A stretch of 64,000 bases of DNA, taken from the NCBI GenBank assembly GCA_965655095.1, contig OZ296648.1:123070001-123134000 (forward strand), written 5' to 3'. The notes beneath the pieces were generated by a model, which ran no database searches, was not told the DNA's origin, and was given only the letters and a program-made list of their open reading frames with translations. Shown in pieces: positions 52,955 through 64,000 of this stretch. How positions within the stretch are numbered: position 1 is the stretch's first letter; every line of letters begins with the position of its first letter. The DNA comes from Haplodiscus bocki (lineage: Eukaryota). The translations under genes and the position numbers were made by a program.

Positions 52955-53350
52955 GTCTCCTCTCTCGAAAATACTCGGTGTTTTTTTCAAAATTAAGAGG
53001 CGTAGGGGAACTCGGCAACAGATTTTGACTTTTAAGATCACGGATTCCAAAGGACATTTGAAAGCATGATCGGAGATCTGATTGACACTTTGAAATTCTG
53101 CACCAGCTGTGAATCAAGAGTTCATTCGAAAAAGTCAAATTGAGACAAGTACCTGTCACAGTGTCCCACATTCAAAAAATGGATGGATCAATCATGTAAT
53201 TTCGAGTTACGCCATTTTTCTGCCCGAAGTTTAAGAAGTTTGCAAGGTAAACAACGCGAAAATGAACAAGTACCTGCCAAAAAGAGGTCGATCTGATCGT
53301 TTACAACAAATAACTAGAATCCGTCTATCATAGAAAAAATGCAAGTTTTG

Positions 53351-53608
53351 GACTGGATAAAAAATTAAGCATACACCAGTTTGCAACACACATTCTTGCT
53401 TTCAGTCAGAATGTAGTAGTAGTAGTAGAAGACTTGAATTAACAAAATGTGCACTACATAACGACTTCGTTGTCAAATCAAGTCTTCTACTACTACTACT
53501 ACTACTACGTTGTTTAGACCAGGATGCATCATGATGTCAATGGTTGACTTGAAAAAAATCAAGCAAACACCAGTTTCCAACACACATTCTTCCTTTCAGT
53601 CAGAATGT
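53351..53608. repeat. ~63-bp direct repeats flanking a ~130-bp fold-back insert with (GTA)n/(TAC)n arms
   Basis: Direct repeats at 53351-53414 and 53546-53608. Inverted arms GTAGTAGTAGTAGTAGAAGACTTGAATTAACAA (53413-53445) and TTGTCAAATCAAGTCTTCTACTACTACTAC (53470-53508). Confidence 0.8.
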
Positions 53609-53676
53609 GTAGAAAGACGTTTTAGCAGAACCAACTAAGTTCTTAAGGATTATAGAAGAGAGTTACAAAACAATTT

Positions 53677-53722
53677 GCAGAGAAACCACATTTATCTAGG
53701 CAGAGAAACCACATTTATCTAG
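53677..53722. repeat. 23-bp tandem duplication
   Basis: GCAGAGAAACCACATTTATCTAG x2. Confidence 0.9.
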
Positions 53723-54041
53723 CAACTTATTTGCTATTTTGGCCTCTAAGGATTATCCATGACGGGGGGAACAACCAAGATTCAAGTTAAATTTTGGAAC
53801 ATTTTTTTCTACAAAGCTCCAGTATAAAATATATTGAATTTTTCTTGCTACAATATAATTGTTTTCACGAATACGGAAATACATTTTTGTAGAAATACCC
53901 TTGACCGCTGCCCACTGGACCAAAGATAACGTTCGCAATGCCGAGGGGAAAGTAAAAATAAGCATGAATGCTGTTAATAACGTTTTGAGAGAAGCCTTCA
54001 GTGGTTTCATTTTTTTTTCATATAATCATATTCCTGCATAC

Positions 54042-54180
54042 CTGCTTTCTTTCCGTTTCGTGGAGTAGGTGTATACAGAGAGGCAACCTCTTCCCCGTCT
54101 GGAACTTCAACACACTCGTCGTAAGGTTGGTTTATCATCAAAGTCGTGTTCGAAGGCAACTCTTCTTCAGCATATGCCAT
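54042..54180 (-). CDS. IFT46: Probable first coding exon of IFT46
   Basis: Translates MAYAEEELPSNTTLMINQPYDECVEVPDGEEVASLYTPTPRNGKKA + G, then donor G|GTATGC at 54041. NQPYDE..EV...E resembles the N-terminal motif of long IFT46 orthologues (Chlamydomonas NQPHDEEV, from memory). The phase-1 donor matches the phase-1 acceptor at 470 (G+AA = Glu), giving an in-frame join. Confidence 0.75.
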
Positions 54181-54196
54181 AGGACATTTTGCGTAA

Positions 54197-54207
54197 CTGA
54201 AAAAAAA
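54197..54207 (-). promoter_or_regulatory. Strong splice acceptor (TTTTTTTTCAG) 16 nt upstream of the IFT46 ATG; cis 5'-UTR acceptor or trans-splice (outron) acceptor
   Basis: Minus strand reads ...CCTATTTTTTTTCAG|TTACGCAAAATGTCCTATGGCA. Confidence 0.5.
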
Positions 54208-55268
54208 TAGGATGTCTGATTCTCACCCAACCACGTCGCAGCTAAATCAGGGCTTGGTCCTTTTCGGTTTTTTCACAGCACTTAATTGTTCCGAAAAACT
54301 TACCAATTGATTCTCAATCGCATTTTCATCAATCAATGAATCTATACAAAATGGGGCTACAGAACCGTGTCTCTGCACTTCAAACGCCCACAATTTTCTG
54401 ATGCCAATGCTGAAAGAACGAATAGAGGAAATGAAAACATTGTGCCAATTGAAGAGCTGGAATAAACTAAGCGCTTCTGCTTCTTTTATGTCGTTAGCAG
54501 GAGCAGTACTAGTAATTGAAATACGCCCGGAAAATTCTTGCTCAGAGAACGTCTCTTTTCGTCGTTGAAAGCCGGCTAACTACAATCTCCATGTAGCAAC
54601 GACAAGTTCGTTGTATTAGTCTTTGAAGAAACACCAATGAACACGAAGTAGACGTTGTTCAGACCAGGATGCATCGTGAGATCAATGGTTGTTGGTAGCC
54701 CAATTACGAGGGGTTCTCTGCGCTAAAGTTCTCACGATTGCTTCTGGGGATTGTGGCAATCGAAACTAACATCAATAGATGATCAAATGTGGAGCGCACA
54801 GTTCCTCAAACAAAGGTATGGATTAAAAACAAGGTTGTCATAACCCGTCACAAACTTATAGAGGGTAAGCAGACCCTTAAATTGTAGATTTAAAGAAATC
54901 GTTCAGCTTCCTACATTTGTACGTAGTTTGTTTTTTATAAGTGCAATTCCGCTCCGGTGAGACCCACTTAAGACGTCGTTTCTGGAACTACTTTACAGTC
55001 GATATCAGCGTACCAACAGCTGCTCTCACAACTGAGTACCGGAAAAATCAAGGATTCAAAGATGTTCATTCTAGTTGAAAATCGTAAAGAGTAGAACTTC
55101 GATCCAAGAGAACACTGCGTGCTCTACTGCAGGCTGCTTATCATCAACAGTATGCTTGAGGTCACGAGAAATATTTCAACTGAACTTTCTTCGAAAGGAT
55201 TGCTTCCATTCATTGCCTGAAAGCCGAAAACGTCTTTTTGCTGCAGTCAAAGTCAAATTAGGATTGTC

Positions 55269-55299
55269 TTCGTATTGTTGTGATAAACTTATCAAAAAG
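55269..55299 (+). other. Spliced-leader-like 31-mer at the 5' end of the CR1/L2-group LINE
   Basis: TTCGTATTGTTGTGATAAACTTATCAAAAAG, 6 nt upstream of an ATG (55306) that leads into the ORF1 remnants. Confidence 0.55.
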
Positions 55300-55305
55300 T
55301 TTCAT

Positions 55306-55997
55306 ATGATTTATGAAAGATGCTCACCAAAGCACGGTGAAAATCTGTGACAGACAAAACGAGCAATAATGATGGGTCAAAGCATCTCCTCATTCAATGC
55401 ACCAGGACTGGTCCGTACGGCAAAGATTGTTGCGTGGACATCTATAAGGTTGCGAAAGCGCATTACGAGAAACTTCATGGATCACACATTTTTGTGTGGT
55501 TTTTGCGCTGCATCGGGGTTTCAAGATGGCAAAACATCGCCACCATCAAATAACGCCCATATTACGAATTTTTGAGGAGATTCAAATGAACAGTATGGTC
55601 GACGTGACAACATCCGCATTTTTGGGTTCCAGATTCATGACGAGGATGTATATGAGCGTGTGGTAGAGTTGGGGAACGAAAATCGGAGTGACTTTACCAG
55701 AAGGAGAAATCAGGGTGCTTCATCGCTTAACCTCCAGAAACCCAGGATCAAGCCCAGTAATTGCAAAGTTTTATCCGAAGTGAAATCAGAGTTCGCGTTA
55801 TGACACATGAGAAATTTGAAAAACTCATCCAAAACACCTATGATAAGGACGATGTAACACTACTGCGAGCAGTATTAGCAAATACCATTCCCCAGCGCCC
55901 CGACGTGGAATATGTTACTATATTCAGCGGAGAAGTAGTTCTAACAATGTCCAACGATAAAAGGCATTTTTCTAATAATTTTATTCGGTTCACGTAA
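55306..55997 (+). pseudogene. LINE ORF1 remnant (PHD-like finger + L1-type RRM/CTD)
   Basis: LLIQCTR...DCCVDIY....HYEKLHGSHIFVWFLRC (decayed PHD), NEQYGRRDNIRIFGF....EDVYERVVEL, VLHRLTSRNPGSSPVIAKF and RVM...KDDVTLLRA, spread across frameshifts. Confidence 0.75.
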
Positions 55998-56067
55998 ATG
56001 GGACGTGGAACTTGTTGATTCTGATTCTATAGATTTTAGGCATTTTTGGTAGGCGACTTCCCAAAAA

Positions 56068-58869
56068 ATGACCCCACCCATGTATTTAGATGAAGGTAAT
56101 AAAATTTTTAGCAAGGACACTAAAACCACTCGAGAAAGCAAGGAGAGGATTTTCCACGTCAATATTCGTTCGCTTAGTAAAAACTTTGATAAATTAGAGC
56201 TCTTTTAATGACCTTTGGCAATAACAAGCCATCCGTTATTTGTTTATCAGAAGCGTGGATATCAAATGTAAACGAACTTCAATTGTTACACTTACAAAAT
56301 TACTTGCCCCCGATAATTCATAATGGATTCAATAGAAGGGACGGTGAAGTATTTTATGTACAAGAATCCATCAAAAATGACGTGGTATGCACTAAAGCAA
56401 ACCTATGTCCTTAAGTCGTTAAATCATTGAACGAGAACAACCAATAGTTTGTTGTGGTTTGCATGTACATCTCTCCGTCCTTCCAACATTCTTTAATTTT
56501 AAAGGAGGTTGAGTTGATAATAAACGACGTTTCTGATTTTTTGGGTTGCGCCGTTTTTATTGTAGGCGGTATGAAAATTCATCTGCTAAAACAAAACAAT
56601 TTGTCTAATAGTTATTCAGTTTTTCTGCAGTATAACGGAATGACACAACTATTAACGACTGCAACACGAAGTGCTTTAGATAAAACAACTCTGATCCATT
56701 ATGTATTTCATAACCATTTCCTTGACAACCCTGTCTGTGGTACACTTGATTCTGGTTTAATTGACCAATGAGCTACTTTCGTGAAATTAACATTCCTTTG
56801 TAAGAAAAATGATGGTTTTGGAACTACGTACAGACTTTTATCTTTTATTTGTATTGAAAAAGCGAGAAAAGCCTATTTGGAATTACTTTCAAATGAACTG
56901 AAAACGCCCAATCTCCATGATGACTTTGATGAACAATTTGAAATGTTTTTAGAATCCGCACAAAATAGTATTTGAATTATGCAGTTCTGTAAAAAAAAAC
57001 AAAAAGATACAACATAAACTATCTTGCTTCAATAATAAAGTTAAAAATGCTATCAGTAAAAGAAGACAGGTATTGAAGGGTTTTAAAGAAAAACCAACTG
57101 CTTCGAATAAAACGAGACTCTTTAAAATTTGTCGAAAAAGAAGTTTTACTATTAAAAAAGCCGATTGTAATCATTTTTCGATTGTCTTTTCAAATTGTAT
57201 CAATAAAACGAAGAAATTCTCTGAGACGCTCAAGGGAATGACAGGCAAGAGAAGTGTGAAAAGAAGTCTGATAGTTAGTAATGGAAGTAAAGACATCATA
57301 ATGTTTCCTACTTTTTTTCTGGATGTGTTGAACAAAAAATTTGCAACTACTGTTGAAAGTCCAACCACACAGGAGCTCAAGGAATGTTTTAAAGAGAAAA
57401 ATAAAAATGATGACAAGACGTTTGCCTTCTCAATTAATCTGACTGAGGTTTTTAATACGGTAGGTAATTTGGATAACAACATAGCCGTTGGAATTGATGG
57501 TGTCTCAGCTGAAGTGCTTGAAACTTCGCTTTCGGTGATTTTTTTAATTGAGTTTTAAAATCTGTCTTTCTAACGCGGTTGGTTCTCAAAGTTTCTAAAA
57601 GATGCAAAATTTTATCTTTTACACGAATTGAGTGACGTACTGAATATCAAAACTATAGGTCGATATCGATATTACCTTTTGTTAGTAAAGTGTTCGAGAA
57701 AATCTTGTATGAACGATTGCATTCATTTTTCTATTTGAGGAACATGTTTCATCGTAGTAAACGAAGTACAAACGACGTTCTTGCTAAATTTACAGAACAA
57801 ATTAGGGGAGGAAGCACTGATACACTTACATGTTTAATGCTGGGATTTGCGTAAAGCTTTTGATTCCATCAACCATGAAATTTTAGTAGCTAAACTGGGA
57901 AAACATGGTGTCAGAGGAAATTGTTCGTTGTTTGAATCATTTTTGAAAGAACAACGTCAATTTGACAGGGTAAATGATGTACTTCAGGATTTCTTGTATC
58001 TGTTGGCTGGAGTACCGCAAGGCTCAATTCTAGAGATTCTACTAATTTTAAAATACATCAATGACTTACCAAGTGCTTCTGAATTTTCAAACTCAAATTT
58101 TTTTAGTGAAGACACGAATCCTATTTATCGTAAGAGTCAAGTTGATTTGTTTTTGCTAAACAAGATGTTTGAAATTGTTCCGAAAAGGTTGTCTGTCAAT
58201 AAGTTTTCTCTATATATCGATAGAACACAAGCAATAACCTTTTTAAAAAATCAGGGCGAAGAATTTCATTTATCAGATTCCAGCATTGCGCTAAGTAATT
58301 GTGTGAAGAGTCTTGGCTTTTTAAATGATTCACATTTAATTCTTAGTTTTCATATTGCTGAGGTAGTTAAAAGATTATCAAAACATTACTCAGTAATATC
58401 ACGATTTTCACACTATGTTAGAAAGCCTGTGCTTCTCCAGTACTATATCACTTATATTAAACCACTTGTTGGATGTGGTCTCTTAGCTCTTGGTTGTGCT
58501 TTAGGAAACAGATTGACACTTTTTTTTAAAATACTGAAAAAGATATTAAGACAACTTTGCTTTAAAGCTCGTCATTATTCATCTGCAGAGCTTTTTGATG
58601 AATTAAATAAGTTAAATGTGTATGACTATTATACTGTTGAGCTTCTGATTTTTTTCATTAAATCGGTTCAAACTGTTGTACCAACCGAAGAATTTATCGC
58701 GTTAAATGAGCGCAAAGTATGTAATATTGAAACCAGAAAAACTGAAGTTAACCTATTTTCTTTGCCAAATGAATGCTGCTCTGTTAGTCGTAGTTCTTTG
58801 CGTTACGAGGTGCAAAGCCGATCAACTGCCTATCAGAAACAGTTTTGGGTACAGTTGATTTTTCGATAA
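56068..58869 (+). pseudogene. LINE ORF2 remnant (apurinic endonuclease + reverse transcriptase)
   Basis: IFHVNIRSLSKNFDKL, PSVICLSEAW, VCMYISPS, FIVGG and TTLIHYVF (APE). AVGIDGVSAEVL, NYRSISILP, SKVFEKI, DLRKAFDSINHEIL..KL...GVRG, GVPQGSILE.LL.L.YINDLP and FFSEDTN (decayed FADDT) (RT). Many stops and frameshifts. Confidence 0.92.
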
Positions 58870-61800
58870 GAATCAAGTGTAAAACATTAAAACACCTGCA
58901 ACATGTAATAATGTAATAACATAATGTCAAATTTCAAAAAGAGTTCTTCAATGACAATGCTCATCAGGTGATGTTAATTTTTTCGGGCACTCATTTCATA
59001 ATTTGGAGAATCCTGTTTGATAGTGCTTTTTGTATTATATTTCTACTTGCTGTTATTTGTTTATTTACATTCTTGAATACTTATGTTTTTTTTATAATTG
59101 CTCCTTGTCAGAAAGAATTAAATTCTTTATAATTGTTCCTCATCAGAGAAAACAAATTCTTATTCTTCTTCTTATTCCTATCCTTATAGTTAATCTTTTC
59201 CATATGCTTATTTTTTTCTCTTTCTTATGTATACTGACTGGTACATTGTCACTGTTGTTCCATCCTCCTTTACGTTTCAACTCCAACAGCAACTGCAAGG
59301 AACTGGCTTTATTTCAGAGTAAGACGCTATGCATCACCACTGGATAACAAAGTTCTGGATGTCTACAGCGGTTTGGCTGGCCGTTGATATAGAGAACGAA
59401 GAGTAAATACGTGAAAACAGAAGCAGCTGAACCGTCGCCTGGAGACATAAATATTTGCAACAAAACTCCTTCCTTTCTCACATGATATGTGCCGCTAGTT
59501 TTTTTGAAACTACCAAATTGAAAGCTTTACTTCCAATACATACTTTTTGTGTACAGCTTCTTTTCCAGATTACCATGGTGGACGTTATCAGCAACTTTTC
59601 TGTCAACTGGTTAAAAAGAATGAATTTTGTCATCGAAGCCGATGGAAGTGTGTTTTGGTCAAAAACTTATTAAAGGAATAACACAGTAACGTTTTTTCCG
59701 AATTGATTACAGTTAGCCACAGCTGTAAAGAAGGTAGTAATAACGTTAAAACGTAATTGAAGGTAACTCATATGGACCAGTGCCTCCTCAGCATAAAGTT
59801 TCTCAAATTAAGTCTTAGTTTTTTCGAACAGACAATACAAAGAGCTAAATGGTTTTGAAGATATATTTTTCTATTGGGTCCAAATCTAGAGATACACTGA
59901 AGATGTAAGGAAAAAAGTTAGAAGACAGATCTCTTCGCCGTTCAGAATCAGTCTCAACCGCACTTTCTATCAACTTAAATTTATTAGTACGAGCTGACTT
60001 TATAATTCAAAAGCGCTTGAAAAAGACTGGTAGATTGTGTGTTGGACATTTTAGTTCCATAAGAACTTGAACTCGTTCAAGAGATTAGTTGCACAAGACT
60101 TTCGAAAACGGCGCAGTTTCTTATGGTTTTTACATTGGGTTTGTTCGCTTGTTCCCAGTTACTTGATTAGTTTCTAAATATAAGGGTTAACCCAAGGTGA
60201 TAGCTCTGACCGACGTTCCCTTCTACGCGGAACTTTCTGGAACACAAGCAGTTTAGTGAGAGTGCGCCACTGGTCCTCATGAACGCTTATCTTGCTCGAA
60301 CACATTCTTCAGAAAATTTTTAAAGTTTCTCTTCAAATGAGGCAATAAGCTGTCCAGATTTATTTTGCAGTACTCACAATGGCTGTTAGTTTTCCAGGTC
60401 AAAAATAAAGAGATTTCTTATGGCGATTTTTTTGGTCGTTCTAAAAGTACAGTGGTTGAATAATTGAGCGCAATAGTTCTCCACTGAGCCTAATTGAAGT
60501 AACTTCAAGCTTCTTCCTACCGAGTATAGCAACCACTATACCGATGGCAGCGATGGAAAGTTCTATCACCTGCACCACGCCGTTATCGAATATGAAGTCT
60601 TTGCAAAAAATGGTTGTCTGGAGTTTTGCTGGAGAATTGGTTCTAGCCCATGCTTAGTTAGTTGAAGTCGAAGAAAATAAAAACATAACACACTTGATAA
60701 GGTTTTTCCAGAGAAAACCTGAGTTTTGAGCTTGAGGACGGTTTTGCTATGAACTTATTTGCTACTGATCGATATACATTACAAGCAGGCTAAATTTAGC
60801 AGTCGTTCTCCTAAGGTGGTTATGCCAGCCACTATCAAACCAACAAGTGAGCCTTCAATTGCCAAATCTTCCGCAGCCATGACAGATTGCAGACAAATCA
60901 GGAGTCTCCGATGATTTGTTTCCATTGTGCGCGTCTCTTTTTGGTCAGAGAAAACTAAATTTGGATAAAAAAGTATTGGTTCAAAAACGCTGCGGTACTG
61001 TCAAGAATCAATGAACAAACAAACTTCAATGGAAGCTAGTTTGCCTTAATCGCACAAGCAACTAATTCATGTTGCCTAATAGTAATTAATAGTGAATTTC
61101 CAAAACTGAGAACCAGGTGTGACGCAAAGTCAGTTTGCAGATTGCTTCAACAATGATAGTGAAAACTAATCATCATCGTGATTTCACTACCGTTTTCGAA
61201 CGAATCCAAATTGTTGGCTTCAACGTTCGAGGTGTCAAAATTCTAAGTGGAAGTGCTTTTCCATTGTTTGCTCAAGTAATCTTCCGTCTTCTAGTCGTAT
61301 TTTTTTAATAGTGGTCGATCAGCGAAAGTGTTTTTTGTTTGTCTCACTGAAGTCTTTCAATCAACTTGTACGGGATAAGACTTTTGGAATACATTAACGC
61401 AATACTTTTGGAATGTTACAAGTGTGATTAATAGTTGCTGTTGGCACGATAAGATGTCATCACATGACAACTTTCGGTGAGTCTTGACTCAGACGTTTTA
61501 GTCAATTCAGTAACATTTTCGCATTCTCACACCACAACCCCATCGGAAACCAGCTTGTCATTCAAATTGGGACCAATAAACTTGGGTGACTCATGAACAA
61601 TAATTTCATAACCTGTTCAATTTTGAGGTCATTGGGTTGCTTAGAGTTGATTTCATTTGATAAAAACAGAACAGGGTACTTAGCATGTACGTTGGCAATC
61701 GCAGTATTCTCAGAGGATTCTGATTGGACTCCGTTCGAAGTGTTTGTCGGTTTTGTCTGTATTATCATGGTCCTGGTGCAGGGCTTGCAATTCAGATGAC

Positions 61801-64000
61801 ACCATCATATTCCAAAAATTTGATTACTTCAGCAGGTATGTTCGTTAATCGGATGTGAAATCAGTTTCAATACCGGTTGCAGACGTTGTTGTTCTCCCTC
61901 TCGTTTGGAGTTGTCGACGTTTTGGGTAACTTGGAAGTTTCATTCTCACTGGTTCCACTTCTTGTGTTCGTTGTTCGAGCATTCAAGATATGAAATTTTT
62001 TGATAAATTATGATGATCTAGTCGAAAGAAAATAGGTGATTTAAATCAGTCAAGGTGATAGCATGAAACCCCAAATCGAAAACGACGAAAGCATTTTTTG
62101 ATCCAACAAGAAGAGCATTAAAAATGTTAAGAAAAAGATCAACCGAAAATCAAGAACTTATTCCAACTTGATCATTGAAAGACTTATTTCAACTCTAATT
62201 TTTTTAACATCGGTTTTTCAACAACAACCTACTTTTTCCTAGCTGCAAAGTTATCGCAGCGAAAAGTCCAACGAGCAAATGCTTCCGACATCGTGAAAAC
62301 TACATGTGCCGGTCTGGTAAAGGAATTCCTACCTGCAGTATCTTAAAAACTTCCGAAAAGTAATAACGGTGAAAATTCAACGAAGAGATTTCTCTATAAG
62401 TATGAACATTTACTGAAAGCAAAGTGTTTCAGCACGATGATTTCGTTAGCGATTCCTGCAGACACTTGCAGCCTGGTGAACCTTCGGAACCAAAATTTGC
62501 TCGAGGTCATTCGATTCAGCTTTTGACGTGCGTCCTTGAAAACCAACTCGGCACGTTAAAAAAATTCTCCACAAAGTGAATTCGAGGCTTCAGATTTGCA
62601 AAATGTATTGTTCTGAGTCCTTAAATTTCTCTTGTTAATCTTCTGGGAGATCGTGGAAGCAAGACGTTTGGTTCCAAAAAGATTAGCAATTTCACTGTGA
62701 ACGTCAGTTTTCAATCGTCCGCAAACAACATTTTCGAGAATAGTCAATCAAAAGTCAATGCTGTCTAGCAGCTTGTTTTTTGGTTCGAAAATGGTTTTCC
62801 TTCACAATTGTTACACGTAGTTGTAATTAACGTCAAAAATAGGATTTTCCGTCTTTTACAATTTCATTCGGTTCTTGAACCTACGCTCGCTGCGTCCGGA
62901 CATTTAGATTGCATTCAAAAATTATCATCATTCAGCCGTTGATGAAATCGATCTGGCAGTTCATTAGTTTTTAATTTTCCCAAGAATTGAAGCGAGAATC
63001 AGGAAGGATCAGTGCCAACGCAGGAATCACATTTTCTTGGGCATCGAAAACAAAAAGAACTTTAGAAAAGTGTGATAAAGAACATCGTTTCACTGACAAC
63101 CATCCTCCACCTGCTGCGCATTCCTCTTTATGTTCCAACTGCAACTCCCAAATTTCTGGTGACATCGATTGCGAAAACTTTTGCTGAGTTTGGGTCCACC
63201 TTTTTAGTTCCTGGCTTGTACTTTTTCCATTTTTTCAAAATGTCAACTGTGATTTTGTATAAATGAGGATAAATAATTTAAATGAGATCTCACTCGGGAA
63301 ACAGTTTTCCCGTTCTCGTCATGTCAGGTCAGAGTGTGGTAATTGAAATACTTTTTTTGAAGTTGCTGTTTGTGGTGCAAAAGATGCAACTGGCATCAAG
63401 TGCGATTCCAACGGTTTCAAAGTATTAGGGATCAATTAATTGATTAAAAATTCAAACGCTGCAACATTTCCGAGTTGAGAAAACCAAAAAAATTTTGGCT
63501 TTGGAAACACCTATGACAACACATGGCAAAAGTGCAACTGCAGCAGTCCCGGCAGAAATCTGAAGAATGAAACATCCGAAGCTACTCCATTTGAAAGAAA
63601 ACGCTGTTTCTAAGACAACTTTTGGGGAGCGAACTTTGTCAATTTTAATTGGAACAAAACAAGGCGATACTCTATCGAGACCACTAATGTCATTGTAGAA
63701 TAAAGCGCTGAAGCCGCAGGGAATTTTGAAACTTCTTTGTGTAAGAGTGCTGACTCAATTGAGTTTTACTCATTTTATTTTCCAGCAAGATGCTTCATTT
63801 TTGTGACCCTCACAAATTGGCCGGATGACTGGTTAAACGGCAGTTTTCGAACCCTTTTAAAAGAAAGAAAAGCGTTTCAACAACAAGTTCAAAGTTGGAG
63901 ATATAAAACCGGGGTTTTTTGAAATAATTCGACATGTAGGTGACTACTGCGCAAAATTCAAAAGCAAGTTGGGCTCTGAAGGATTCGAAAAAATGCGCCT

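Larger units (their letters stand above)
470..54041 (-). other. Giant (~53.6 kb) GT-AG intron of IFT46 containing the tandem array and the CRE element
   Basis: GT at 54041-54040 and CAG at 472-470, with a candidate branch point GCTAAT ~20 nt upstream of the acceptor; phases are compatible. Additional small internal exons cannot be excluded. Confidence 0.68.
55269..59200 (+). mobile_element. Degenerate near-full-length CR1/L2/Crack-group LINE (APE-type non-LTR retrotransposon); 3' end approximate
   Basis: ORF1 and ORF2 remnants in canonical order, followed by a T-rich 3' UTR-like tract (~58970-59220). No TSD or tail identified. Confidence 0.85.

Noticed and set aside
52870-52960. Intact SL RNA gene at the CRE 5' end
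   Set aside because: No GT donor follows the terminal AG and no downstream Sm-site module is evident; the sequence runs directly into ORF1. The AATTTTGG present lies upstream, within the TSD.
53753-54010. Minus-strand ORF and P-loop-like VIFGPVGSGQ
   Set aside because: Lacks the GK[ST] residues and any further ATPase motif; lies in intronic sequence.
59400-64000. Short ORFs of 60-72 aa
   Set aside because: No recognisable domain or consistent exon structure; may be old decayed TE sequence but this cannot be supported.

Overview
Eukaryotic (animal) genomic DNA, AT-rich, no prokaryotic features. The host gene is IFT46 (intraflagellar transport protein 46) on the minus strand: a large coding exon at 1-469 that runs off the window and a probable first coding exon at 54042-54180. 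These join in phase across a ~53.6-kb intron. About 48 kb of that intron (3371-51135) is a head-to-tail array of 18 copies of a ~2.66-kb unit. Each unit is ~730 bp of non-coding flank, the 3' ~1.8 kb (RT + restriction-like endonuclease) of a dead CRE-clade non-LTR retrotransposon, and a ~107-bp linker (absent after copy 18). Copy 18 continues into the complete donor element (~49322-52932), which has an SGNH-like ORF1, a PHD-like/RT/RLE ORF2 and a candidate target-site duplication. A second, unrelated dead LINE (CR1/L2/Crack group: PHD + L1-type RRM ORF1, APE-RT ORF2) lies on the plus strand at ~55269-59200. The most striking observation is that both LINEs begin with the same ~31-nt motif (core TATTGTTGTGATAAACTT-N6-AAG). 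It resembles the acoel spliced leader as I recall it (unverified), suggesting LINEs that are mobilised via SL trans-spliced RNAs. I could not assign anything reliable to 59400-64000.
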